Shown here piece by piece: positions 28,861 to 38,443 of a DNA stretch of 64,000 nt; positions within the stretch are counted from its first letter, which is position 1; every line of letters begins with the position of its first letter. The stretch covers positions 1,914,379 to 1,978,378 of the forward strand of contig CAWBYG010000004.1 of the NCBI GenBank assembly GCA_963792975.1, given 5' to 3'. The position numbers and the translations under genes were made by a program. The notes beneath the pieces were generated by a model. That model saw only the letters and a program-made list of their open reading frames with translations. It made no database searches and was not told the DNA's origin. The stretch comes from an uncultured Actinomycetota bacterium. GTDB taxonomy: Bacteria; Actinomycetota; Actinomycetes; Propionibacteriales; Nocardioidaceae.

Positions 28861-30324
28861 ATGAACACGCGAGACAACACCTCCAGCGCCGTCCGGACCC
28901 GCCCGGAGCCCACGCGGACCGACCCGGGCTGGGGCCCGCTGGTCGTGCTGATGTGCGGCACCTTCCTGGTAGTCCTGGACTTCTTCATCGTCAACGTCGC
29001 GCTGCCCTCGATGCAGCGCGAGCTCCATACCTCCAGCAGCGGCCTCGAGTGGGTCGTCGCCGGGTACGGCCTCACCTTCAGCTCGCTCCTCATCGCAGCC
29101 ACCCGCCTCGGCGACCGGTGGGGACGGCGCCGGATGTTCTCCCTCGGCGTCGCCCTCTTCGTGCTGTCGTCGGCCGCCTGCGGTGCCGCTCCGACGACCG
29201 AGCTGCTGGTCTCAGCGCGGCTCGTCCAGGGCGTGGCCGGGGCCATGGTCTCGCCGATGGTGCTCGCCCTGATCGGCGACGTGTACGCGGGCCCACGCAT
29301 GCCGCGGGCTATCGGCGTGTACTCCATGGTGATGGGCCTCGCCGCGGCGACCGGGCAGCTGATCGGCGGCGTGCTGATCCACCTGGACCTGGCCGGGTCG
29401 GGCTGGCGTACGATCTTCTGGGTCAACGTGCCGGTCGGGCTCGCCACCCTGGTGCTCGCGCCGCGTCTGCTGCCCGACCGCCGCGACCCGGCGGCGACCC
29501 GCCCCGACACCGTCGAGCTGTTGTTCGCCACGACCACCCTGACCGCCCTGCTCCTCCCCCTGCTGGAAGGACGGAGGGTCGGTTGGCCGCTGTGGACCTG
29601 GCTCTGCCTGGGTCTCGCCGTCGTGACCGGTGTGCTCACCCTCGCCCGCAGCCGTTGGCTGGTACGGCGTGACCTGCGGCCGCTGCTCACGCCGGAGGCC
29701 TTCAGGTCGGCCACGGTCCGGGTGGCACTCGCCTGCCAGGGGCTGCTCTTCGTGGGGATGGCGTCGTACTTCGTGGTGCTGGCGCTCTACCTGCAGAACG
29801 GCCGCGGCCTCGGGCCCCTCGCCTCGGGCGCCGTCTTCACGCTCGTGGCCGTGCCGTACATGGCCGGCACCGCCAACCAGCGCCGCCTCGCGGCCCGGCT
29901 GGGCCGGGCGACGGTCCCCTTCGGCGCCGCGGCGTTCGCGCTCGGCCACCTGGTGCTCCTGACGGCCGTCCTCCGGCAGGGCGTCGGCGGGCCGCTCCTG
30001 GCCCTGGCGCCCGGGCTCGTGGTGTCGGGCCTCGGGATGGGAGTCACGCTGACCGCCCTGATCGACGCGGCCATGACCGGGGTGGAGCCCAGCTCGGCGG
30101 GGGCGGTCTCGGGCATGCTCTCCACCGTGCAGCAGGTGGGCAACGCGCTCGGCGTCGCGGTCGTCGGGATGGTGTTCTTCGGAGCGCTGTCGGGCGGGTA
30201 CGCCCACGCGCTGGCCTGGAGCCTCGTGCTCCTGATCGGCTCGACCGGCGGTGTCGCGCTGCTCGCGACCCGGCTCCACCCACGTCGAGCGCCGGGGAAC
30301 GACGCATCGGCCCTCGTTGCCTGA
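28861..30324 (+). CDS. MFS efflux transporter (DHA2, 14-TM type)
   Basis: LDFFIVNVALP, RLGDRWGRRR, WRTIFWVNVPVG. Confidence 0.92.
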   Translation: MNTRDNTSSAVRTRPEPTRTDPGWGPLVVLMCGTFLVVLDFFIVNVALPSMQRELHTSSSGLEWVVAGYGLTFSSLLIAATRLGDRWGRRRMFSLGVALFVLSSAACGAAPTTELLVSARLVQGVAGAMVSPMVLALIGDVYAGPRMPRAIGVYSMVMGLAAATGQLIGGVLIHLDLAGSGWRTIFWVNVPVGLATLVLAPRLLPDRRDPAATRPDTVELLFATTTLTALLLPLLEGRRVGWPLWTWLCLGLAVVTGVLTLARSRWLVRRDLRPLLTPEAFRSATVRVALACQGLLFVGMASYFVVLALYLQNGRGLGPLASGAVFTLVAVPYMAGTANQRRLAARLGRATVPFGAAAFALGHLVLLTAVLRQGVGGPLLALAPGLVVSGLGMGVTLTALIDAAMTGVEPSSAGAVSGMLSTVQQVGNALGVAVVGMVFFGALSGGYAHALAWSLVLLIGSTGGVALLATRLHPRRAPGNDASALVA

Positions 30325-30334
30325 GGTGACACCG

Positions 30335-30372
30335 ACCAGACCCTCCGTAGCCTCGGCCGCGGAGGGTCTGGT
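30335..30372 (+). terminator. Hairpin after the MFS gene
   Basis: ACCAGACCCTCCG...CGGAGGGTCTGGT, 13-bp stem. Confidence 0.6.
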
Positions 30373-30384
30373 TAGGGTCGGAGC

Positions 30385-31449
30385 GTGATCGACCAGCCTG
30401 AGCAGCCGACGCTCACCGACGGTGAGATCACGCTGCGGCCGTGGCGTGACGCGGACATCGAGGAAGCGGTCGCCGGCCACGACGACGTGATCGCGCACTG
30501 GTTCGGCTGGTCGGTCGACGCGGTCACCCCGGAGCGCCAGCGGCAGGCGATCCTCGACTGGCGGGCGGCGTACGCCGACGGCCGGTCGGTGGTCGGATTC
30601 GCGGTCGAGGAGGGCGGAGTCCTCGCGGGTACCGTCGACGTACGACGCCGCGACGAGGGCGTGGGCGAGCTGTCCTGGGCGCTGTTCCGCGGACGCCGCG
30701 GCCGCGGGATCGCCACCCGCGCCGTCCGGCTGCTCGCCGACTACGCGCTCACCGAGACCGGGCAGGGCGGGCTCGGCTACTCGCGGGTCGAGGCCAAGGT
30801 CGAGCCGGGGAACGAGCCGTCGTTGCGCGTCGCCACCCGCTCGGGTCTCCGTCGCGAGGGCGTGCGCCGGATCGAGCCGGGCACCGGCGACCGCGCCGAG
30901 ACCACGTCGTACGTCGTCCTGGCCCGGCTGGCCAGCGACCCACCGCTGACCGAGCCTGCGGCGTTCCGAGCGCTGCTCAACTCCTTCCTCCCGCGCAAGC
31001 GGGCGATCAGCCAGCTGCTCGTGCGCGACCGGGCGGGCCGCGTGCTCATCTGCCGGCTCACCTACAAGCGCGACTGGGACCTCCCCGGCGGGGTGGTCGA
31101 GGTCGGCGAGTCCCCGCGTCTCGCCGCCGGGCGCGAGATCCACGAGGAGCTGGCCCTCGACATCGACGCCGGCGGTCTGCTGCTCACCGACTGGCTGCCG
31201 CCCTGGGGCGGCTGGGACGACGCTGTGTGTCTCGTCTTCGACGGCGGCGAGCACGACGCGGGCATCCTCGACACCGCCGTCCTGCAGGCCAGGGAGATCC
31301 GCGAGGTCGCGTTCGCGACGCCCGACGAGGTCCGCGAGCGGTGTGCCGACTTCACCGCCCGCCGCATCGCCTCGGCCCTGGCCGGCCTCGAGGCCGGCGC
31401 CCGCACGTCGTACGTCGAGAGCGGCGGCGACCCGCCCGCGACCACCTGA
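30385..31449 (+). CDS. GNAT (RimJ/RimL-like)-Nudix hydrolase fusion
   Basis: RGRGIATRAV...NEPSLRVATRSG (GNAT); GGVVEVGESPRLAAGREIHEEL (Nudix box). Confidence 0.88.
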   Translation: MIDQPEQPTLTDGEITLRPWRDADIEEAVAGHDDVIAHWFGWSVDAVTPERQRQAILDWRAAYADGRSVVGFAVEEGGVLAGTVDVRRRDEGVGELSWALFRGRRGRGIATRAVRLLADYALTETGQGGLGYSRVEAKVEPGNEPSLRVATRSGLRREGVRRIEPGTGDRAETTSYVVLARLASDPPLTEPAAFRALLNSFLPRKRAISQLLVRDRAGRVLICRLTYKRDWDLPGGVVEVGESPRLAAGREIHEELALDIDAGGLLLTDWLPPWGGWDDAVCLVFDGGEHDAGILDTAVLQAREIREVAFATPDEVRERCADFTARRIASALAGLEAGARTSYVESGGDPPATT

Positions 31450-31521
31450 GCGGCCGATCGGTCACCCCCGACGGGACGTTCGGTCCTCGCAAACGAGCCG
31501 ATGACGCGCAAGGATCAGGCC

Positions 31522-34182
31522 ATGACCTACGTCTACGACTTCACGCAGGGCGACAAGGACCAGAAGGACCTGCTCGGCGGCAAAGGGGCCAATCTCGCCG
31601 AGATGACCAACCTGGGGTTGCCGGTCCCACCGGGCTTCACGGTCTCCACCGAGGCGTGCCGTGCCTACCTCGAGGTCGGCGACCTGCCCGACGGCCTGGC
31701 CGACGAGATCGACGTCCACCTGCGCTCGCTGGAGGAGGCGATGGGTCGTCGGCTCGGCGACCCCTCCGACCCGCTGCTGGTGAGCGTCCGGTCGGGCGCG
31801 AAGTTCTCGATGCCGGGGATGATGGAGACCGTCCTCAACGTCGGTCTCAACGACGAGTCGGTGCGAGGACTGGCCGAGCAGAGCCGTGACGAGCGCTTCG
31901 CGATGGACTCCTACCGCCGGCTCCTGCAGATGTTCGGCGCCACTGTGCTCGGGATCGACTCCGAGGTGTTCGCGCGCAGCCTCGACCGGCTCAAGAAGGA
32001 CCGCGGCACGGAGTCCGACACCGACCTCGAGGTCGGCGACCTCGAGGCTCTGGTCGAGACCTTCAAGAAGTCCATCGCCGAGCACGCGGGCCGCGACTTC
32101 CCCCAGGACCCGCGCGCGCAGCTCGACCTGGCGATCCGTGCCGTGTTCGAGTCCTGGAACACCGATCGGGCGGTCCTCTACCGCCGGGAGGAGCGCATCA
32201 CCGGCGCCCTCGGTACGGCGGTCAACGTCCAGGCCATGGTGTTCGGCAACCTCGGTGAGGACTCCGGCTCCGGGGTCGCGTTCACCCGCGACCCGGCGTC
32301 GGGCAACCAGGGCGTCTACGGCGACTACCTGCAGAACGCACAGGGAGAAGACGTCGTCGCCGGCATCCGCAACACCGTGTCGCTGGCCGACATGGCGGAG
32401 GTCGACCGGAGGTCGCACGACGAGCTGCTCGACATCATGGCCACCCTCGAGAAGCACTACCGCGACATGTGCGACATCGAGTTCACCGTCGAGCGCGGCA
32501 AGCTCTGGATGCTGCAGACCCGGGTCGGCAAGCGCACCCCCGAGGCGGCCTTCCGGATCGGACGCCACATGACCGACGAGGGCCTGATCGACACCGACGA
32601 CGCGATCCGCCGGGTGACCGGCGCCCAGCTCGCCCAGCTGATGTTCCCGCGCTTCGACGAGAACGCCGAGCGCACCCTGGTCGCGAAGGGCATGAACGCG
32701 TCACCCGGTGCCGCCGTCGGCAAGGCCGTCTTCGACTCCGACACCGCGGTCGAGTGGGCCGAGCGCGGCGAGGACGTGATCCTGGTCCGCAAGGAGACCA
32801 ACCCCGACGACCTGCGTGGCATGGTCGCCGCCAAGGGCATCCTGACCAGCCGCGGTGGCAAGACCTCGCACGCCGCCGTCGTCGCACGCGGCATGGGCCG
32901 CACCTGCGTGTGCGGTGCGGAGGCGCTCGACGTCAGCGTCAAGAAGCGCCGCGCCAGGGTCCGCGGCGGCGACGCGATCAAGGAAGGCGACGTCATCTCC
33001 ATCGACGGCACGACCGGCGAGGTCTTCCTCGGCTCCGTCCCGGTGACCGACTCGTGGGTGATGCGCTACTTCGAGGGCGAGGAGGTCGACGAGGACCTCG
33101 TCGGCGCCGTCGACCGGGTGATGCGGCACGCCGACGACGTACGCCGCCTCCGGGTTCGTGCGAACGCCGACACCCCCGAGGACGCCGCCCGCGCCCGCCG
33201 TTTCGGCGCCGAGGGGATCGGGCTGTGCCGGACGGAGCACATGTTCCTCGGCGAGCGCCGGCAGCTGGTCGAGAACCTCATCGTGGCCGAGGACGAGGCC
33301 GGCCAGGAGGCCGCCCTGGCCGAGCTGCTCCCCCTGCAGCGCGACGACTTCCGGGGCATCCTCGAGGCGATGGACGGCCTCCCGGTCACGATCAGGCTGA
33401 TCGACCCGCCGCTGCACGAGTTCCTGCCCGACTACACCGAGCTGTCGGTGAAGGTCGCGCTCGAGGACGATCATGCGCTCTTCGACGAGCACGACGAGCG
33501 TCTGCTCGAGGCCGTCAAGCGGCTCCACGAGCAGAACCCGATGCTCGGCCTGCGCGGCGTACGCCTGGGCATCGTCATCCCGGGACTCTTCACGATGCAG
33601 GTCCGCGCCATCCTCGAGGCCGCGGCCGACCGCATCGAGGCCGGCGGCGACCCGCATCCGGAGATCATGATCCCGCTGGTCGCCGCGGTGACCGAGCTCG
33701 ACCTGATCCGGGCCAAGATCGCCGACGTCGCCGCGTCGATCGAACAGGAGCGCGGGGTCGCGGTCGCCCACAAGGTCGGCACGATGATCGAGCTGCCCCG
33801 GGCGGCCGTGACCGCCAACGAGATCGCGAAGTCCGCGGAGTTCTTCTCGTTCGGCACCAACGACCTGACCCAGATGACGTGGGGCTTCTCGCGTGACGAC
33901 GTCGAGTCGTCGTTCTTCAGCCGCTACCTCGACGCCGGCATCTTCCAGGCGAGCCCGTTCGAGACGCTCGACGTCGACGGCGTGGGCCGGCTCGTCCGGC
34001 ACGCCGCGCGGCTGGGCCGGCAGGCCAACCCCGACCTCCACCTGGGCGTCTGCGGTGAGCACGGTGGTGACCCCGACTCCATCCACTTCTTCGACGAGGT
34101 CGGTCTCGACTACGTCTCCTGCTCGCCGTTCCGCGTCCCGGTAGCTCGCCTGGAGGCCGGGCGATCAGCACTGGACCGGTGA
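31522..34182 (+). CDS. ppdK: Pyruvate, phosphate dikinase
   Basis: LLGGKGANLAEM, SMPGMMETVLN, GGKTSHAAVVARG, GLCRTEHMF, FGTNDLTQ, GVCGEHGG. Confidence 0.97.
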   Translation: MTYVYDFTQGDKDQKDLLGGKGANLAEMTNLGLPVPPGFTVSTEACRAYLEVGDLPDGLADEIDVHLRSLEEAMGRRLGDPSDPLLVSVRSGAKFSMPGMMETVLNVGLNDESVRGLAEQSRDERFAMDSYRRLLQMFGATVLGIDSEVFARSLDRLKKDRGTESDTDLEVGDLEALVETFKKSIAEHAGRDFPQDPRAQLDLAIRAVFESWNTDRAVLYRREERITGALGTAVNVQAMVFGNLGEDSGSGVAFTRDPASGNQGVYGDYLQNAQGEDVVAGIRNTVSLADMAEVDRRSHDELLDIMATLEKHYRDMCDIEFTVERGKLWMLQTRVGKRTPEAAFRIGRHMTDEGLIDTDDAIRRVTGAQLAQLMFPRFDENAERTLVAKGMNASPGAAVGKAVFDSDTAVEWAERGEDVILVRKETNPDDLRGMVAAKGILTSRGGKTSHAAVVARGMGRTCVCGAEALDVSVKKRRARVRGGDAIKEGDVISIDGTTGEVFLGSVPVTDSWVMRYFEGEEVDEDLVGAVDRVMRHADDVRRLRVRANADTPEDAARARRFGAEGIGLCRTEHMFLGERRQLVENLIVAEDEAGQEAALAELLPLQRDDFRGILEAMDGLPVTIRLIDPPLHEFLPDYTELSVKVALEDDHALFDEHDERLLEAVKRLHEQNPMLGLRGVRLGIVIPGLFTMQVRAILEAAADRIEAGGDPHPEIMIPLVAAVTELDLIRAKIADVAASIEQERGVAVAHKVGTMIELPRAAVTANEIAKSAEFFSFGTNDLTQMTWGFSRDDVESSFFSRYLDAGIFQASPFETLDVDGVGRLVRHAARLGRQANPDLHLGVCGEHGGDPDSIHFFDEVGLDYVSCSPFRVPVARLEAGRSALDR

Positions 34183-37100
34183 GCCCGCCCTCCTCGGGGG
34201 CACGCGCCGGGGTCGTGGAGACGACCGGCTGGCGGTCGTCGGCCGCGACCTTCGCCGGCCGCGTCGCCTGGCTGACGGCGGTGTGGTGTCTCGTCAGGGT
34301 CGTCGTCCACGACCACTGGACGCACTACGTCGACACCGCGTTCAACCTGTTCGGCATCCCGGTCCAGGGCAGCCTGTTCATCGCCGCGCTGTGGTTCGTG
34401 CTGTCCGGCGGGCTCCGGCGTCGGCTGCGGGTGATGCACGCGGTGACCAGTGTCGTGGTGGCGATCTCGGTGCTGGACAACCTCATCGCAGCCGGACAGC
34501 ACCTGACCGGCGCGCAGACCGACACCGAGCTGCCCACGGGCTACGGCTGGCTGATCTTCCCGGCGGCGATCGGGTCGGTGCTCACGCTGCTCGTGCTGAT
34601 CAGCGCCTACCGGGTCTTCAACGCCCGGCTGTCACAGGGCTCGCCCGCCAACGCGGTCGCCGTGCTGGTCGGCGGGCTGCTCACGTCGTACGTCGTGTGC
34701 ACGGCGCTGGCGTTCTCCTTCCCCCGTGGCCTCGTCGGCAGCCGCGAGAAGCTCGAGTTCGGCCTGATGTCGGCTCTCGGCACGGCGCGGGCAGCCACTC
34801 GCCATCTCCTGGTCACCGATGACGGACCGCACTGGGTCTTCGCGCTCGGCGGCCTGATCAGCGGCGCGGCGCTGGTCCTCGCGATCCTGGTGTTCTCGCG
34901 GTCCGCCCGGGTACGGCAGTACCTCTCCGCCGACGAGGAGCTCGAGATCCGCCGTCTCCTGCTCGCGCACGGCGCCGCCGACTCGCTCGGCTACTTCGCG
35001 ACCCGGCGCGACAAGTCGGTGGTCTTCTCCCCCGACCGCCGGGCCGCCGTCACCTACCGCGTCGAGGGATCGGTCTGCGTCGCGAGCGCCGACCCGATCG
35101 GACCGGTCGACGCCTGGCCCGGGGCGATCCGGGTCTGGCTGCGGGAGTGCCGCGAGCACGCGTGGTACGCCGCGGCGCTGTCACCCGGCCAGGAAGGCGC
35201 CCGGGCCTACGTCGACGCGGGGCTACGGGCGTGGAGCCTCGGCGACGAGGCCGTGATCGAGGTGTCGCGCTACCACCTCGACGGTCGAGACATGGCGCCG
35301 GTGCGGCAGGCGGTCAACCGCGTCACCCGGGCCGGTTACAACGTGCGGGTACGACGCGCCGCGACGTTCGAGCCCGACGAGCTGACCGAGCTCGTCCGCC
35401 TGGCCGAGCAGTGGCGCGGCAGCGACACCGAGCGCGGCTTCTCGATGGCTCTCAACCGCCTCGCCGACCCCGCCGACGGTCGGTGCGTGGTCGTCACGGT
35501 GCACGACCAGGACGGCGTCATCGACGGGTTGCTCAACTTCGTGCCGTGGGGCGCCCACGGGCTGTCGCTCGACCTGATGCGACGCTCGCGCACCGCCCCC
35601 AACGGGCTGATCGAGACCATGGTCACCGGCGCCGTCGAGGCCGCCCAGGATCTCGGCGTCACGCGCATCTCCCTGAACTTCGCGGTCTTCCGCAGCGTGT
35701 TCAGCGGCGCGGACCAGGTGGGGGCCGGACCCATCACCCGGATCAACGACGCGGTGCTCGGCTTCGTCTCGCGCTTCTACCAGCTCGAGACGCTCTACCG
35801 CTCGAACGCCAAGTACCTCCCGGAATGGCGGCCCCGTTTCCTCTGCTACGCGCCCGGGCTCTCGGTGGCTCGGGCCGCGATCGCCTGCGGCCGGGCCGAG
35901 GGCTTCCTGCCCGAGCTCGGTATCGACACCGTCGGCCGCCGTGGCGACCTCAGCCAACCGCGTCCGGAGCCCACGGTCTTCGCGGCCCAGGTGATTGCGC
36001 TCGAGCAGGAGGCCGACGAGCGCGCGCGACCGGCGTGCAGCGAGCAGCAGCGGGTACGCCGCGACAAGCTCGCCCGGCTGGTGGCGGCCGGCATGCCGGC
36101 GTACCCGCCGTGCGTGCCGCGCGACCGCTGCCTCGGCGACGTCCGACGGGACCACGCCGACCTCCCGCCGGACGCCCGGACGGGTACGACGGTCTCGGTG
36201 ACCGGCCGGGTCCGGGCGCTGCGCGACCTCGGAGGGGTGGCGTTCGCCGTGCTCGAGGAGGACGGCTGCCGGCTCCAGACGATGCTCGACGGGAAGGCGA
36301 CCGACCCGGCGCAGCGCGAGCTGTGGCGACGTACCGTCGACCTCGGTGACCTGGTGTCGGTCACGGGCGAGGTGGTGACCTCGCGCCGCGGCGAGCTGTC
36401 CGTGCTCACCACCGAGTGGCAGATGGCGGCCAAGTGCCTCAGCCCCCTGCCCGACCTGCATGCGGGGTTCTCGGACCCCGAGGCCCGCGCCCGCAACCGC
36501 TCCCTCGACCTGATCGTCAACCCCGCCAGCCGACGGCTCCTCGACGACCGCAGCTCGGCGGTCGGTGCCATGCGCGCCGCCCTCAGCAGCCGCGGCTTCG
36601 TCGAGGTCGAGACGCCGATGCTCCACCCGATCCAGGGCGGCGCGTCGGCCCGGCCGTTCGTGACCCGCAGCAACGCCTACGACGCCGACCTGTTCCTGCG
36701 GATCGCCCCCGAGCTCTACCTCAAGCGGCTCGCCGTCGGAGGCCTCGGCCGCGTCTTCGAGCTCGGCCGCAGCTTCCGGAACGAGGGTGTCGACGCCACC
36801 CACAACCCCGAGTTCACCTCCGTCGAGGCCTACCAGGCGTGGGCCGACTACACCGACATGCGCCACCTCACCTGCGACCTGATCCGCGAGGTGGCCACGG
36901 CCGTGCACGGCTCACCCGTCGCCGTACACGGCGAGCAGCGGTGCGACCTGTCCGCCGAGTGGCCGGTCGTCACGGTCCACGATGCCGTGAGCGAGGCGGC
37001 CGGGGTCACGATCACGTCGGAGTCCCCGCTCAGCGACGTGACCGCGGCCTGTCGGGCGCACGGCGTACCCACCCCGGACGGCGCGTCGGCGGGCATCCTC

Positions 37101-37508
37101 GTGCTCGGGTTGTACGACGCGCTGGTCGAGCCCGCGACGACCGCACCGACCTTCTACGTCGACTTCCCGCTGGAGACCTCGCCCCTGACCCGCACCCACC
37201 GCGACGACCCGCGCCTCGCCGAGCGCTGGGACCTGGTCGCCTGGGGCACCGAGCTCGGCACCGCCTACACCGAGCTCGTCGACCCGCTCGAGCAGCGCGA
37301 GCGGCTCGTCGAGCAGGCCCGGCGTCGGGCCGTCGACACGGAGTCGATGGAGGTCGACGAGGAGTTCCTGAGCGCGCTGGAGTTCGCGATGCCCCCGACG
37401 GGTGGGCTCGGGTTGGGGGTCGACCGGATCGTGATGATGCTGACCGGAGTCGGCATCCGCGAGACGCTGGCGTTCCCGTTCGTCCGGCCGCAGCGGGTCA
37501 CCGACTGA
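34179..37508 (+). CDS. lysX: Bifunctional lysyl-phosphatidylglycerol synthetase/lysine-tRNA ligase
   Basis: TM region, DSLGYFATRRDK, ERGFSMAL, LRIAPELYLKRL, FRNEG, MPPTGGLGLGVDR. Confidence 0.93.
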   Translation: MSPPSSGARAGVVETTGWRSSAATFAGRVAWLTAVWCLVRVVVHDHWTHYVDTAFNLFGIPVQGSLFIAALWFVLSGGLRRRLRVMHAVTSVVVAISVLDNLIAAGQHLTGAQTDTELPTGYGWLIFPAAIGSVLTLLVLISAYRVFNARLSQGSPANAVAVLVGGLLTSYVVCTALAFSFPRGLVGSREKLEFGLMSALGTARAATRHLLVTDDGPHWVFALGGLISGAALVLAILVFSRSARVRQYLSADEELEIRRLLLAHGAADSLGYFATRRDKSVVFSPDRRAAVTYRVEGSVCVASADPIGPVDAWPGAIRVWLRECREHAWYAAALSPGQEGARAYVDAGLRAWSLGDEAVIEVSRYHLDGRDMAPVRQAVNRVTRAGYNVRVRRAATFEPDELTELVRLAEQWRGSDTERGFSMALNRLADPADGRCVVVTVHDQDGVIDGLLNFVPWGAHGLSLDLMRRSRTAPNGLIETMVTGAVEAAQDLGVTRISLNFAVFRSVFSGADQVGAGPITRINDAVLGFVSRFYQLETLYRSNAKYLPEWRPRFLCYAPGLSVARAAIACGRAEGFLPELGIDTVGRRGDLSQPRPEPTVFAAQVIALEQEADERARPACSEQQRVRRDKLARLVAAGMPAYPPCVPRDRCLGDVRRDHADLPPDARTGTTVSVTGRVRALRDLGGVAFAVLEEDGCRLQTMLDGKATDPAQRELWRRTVDLGDLVSVTGEVVTSRRGELSVLTTEWQMAAKCLSPLPDLHAGFSDPEARARNRSLDLIVNPASRRLLDDRSSAVGAMRAALSSRGFVEVETPMLHPIQGGASARPFVTRSNAYDADLFLRIAPELYLKRLAVGGLGRVFELGRSFRNEGVDATHNPEFTSVEAYQAWADYTDMRHLTCDLIREVATAVHGSPVAVHGEQRCDLSAEWPVVTVHDAVSEAAGVTITSESPLSDVTAACRAHGVPTPDGASAGILVLGLYDALVEPATTAPTFYVDFPLETSPLTRTHRDDPRLAERWDLVAWGTELGTAYTELVDPLEQRERLVEQARRRAVDTESMEVDEEFLSALEFAMPPTGGLGLGVDRIVMMLTGVGIRETLAFPFVRPQRVTD

Positions 37509-37527
37509 GCCTCGGGCACCGTCACCG

Positions 37528-37612
37528 GGTTTCGACGCGCTGATGCGACTTCGTTCCTCAGTCGCTCGCTTGCGGCTCCTCAGGAGCCGAGGAACGAGGC
37601 GTCTCGAAGGGC
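37528..37612. repeat. Inverted doublet of REP-like family B between convergent genes
   Basis: Degenerate GGTTTCGAC...GCGACTTCGTTCCTCAGTCGC, then CCTCAGGAGCCGAGGAACGAGGCGTCTCGAAGGGC; the CGTTCCTC/GAGGAACG cores are complementary. Confidence 0.65.
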
Positions 37613-37648
37613 AACCTGCCCACGCCGCGCCCTCGTGCCTCGGGACGG

Positions 37649-38443
37649 TCAGAACGGCCAGCCCTCGCGCATCGGACCGCCGTCGCCCGGCTCGATCAGG
37701 TGCTCGTGCGCGAACAGCATCGCGAAGACCTCCGGCGGCATCGTCAGGAAGCCCTCGATGTCGGTGGCCTGCGAGCGGTGTGCCTCGAGCGAGGCCCGCT
37801 TCTGGGCGAGGTAGGCCGACGTGTCCACCCGCCAGGTGATCTCGTCCTCCGCACTGCCGAGCGGGTTGCCGTCGTCCATCGGGGCCTCGGGGTCGAAGTC
37901 GCCGATGACCTCCACCCCGGCCTCGCGGGCCGCGCGCATCATCGACACGATCTCGGTACGGTTCATCGTCGACTCGAGCAGGCGTGGCCGCGCCGCCGCG
38001 AGCTCGGCCGCCCGGTGTGCGAGGTGGTGCACCTTCACGTGGTCGGGGTGACCGTAGCCGCCGTGCCAGTCGTAGCCGATCAGGACGTCCGCCTGCTCCT
38101 CGTCGAGGACGTCCGCCACGCGCTGCGCCGCCTCGTCGAGGTCGGCGCGGTGCAGCGACCCCTCGTGGTCGTTCTGCTCCCAGCCGGACATGCCCGAGTC
38201 GGAGTAGCCGAGCCAGAAGATCCGGGCGAGCCCGATGGCGGCGGCCGAGGCCTCGGCCTCGCGCCGACGGTAGTCGGCCACGGTCTCGCCCTCGACGGCG
38301 TCGGGCGCCACCTCGCCGTGCTCGCCGTTGGTGGCGAAGACGACGACCACGCGGTGACCCTCGGCCGCCGCGCGGGCCATGGTGCCCGCCGTCTGCGACG
38401 CCTCGTCGTCGGGATGCGCGTGCAGGTAGACGATCGTGGCCAT
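37649..38443 (-). CDS. PIG-L/LmbE-family deacetylase
   Basis: HAHPDDE, ATNGEHG, GGYGHPDH, AHRSQ. Confidence 0.92.
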   Translation of the reverse strand: MATIVYLHAHPDDEASQTAGTMARAAAEGHRVVVVFATNGEHGEVAPDAVEGETVADYRRREAEASAAAIGLARIFWLGYSDSGMSGWEQNDHEGSLHRADLDEAAQRVADVLDEEQADVLIGYDWHGGYGHPDHVKVHHLAHRAAELAAARPRLLESTMNRTEIVSMMRAAREAGVEVIGDFDPEAPMDDGNPLGSAEDEITWRVDTSAYLAQKRASLEAHRSQATDIEGFLTMPPEVFAMLFAHEHLIEPGDGGPMREGWPF

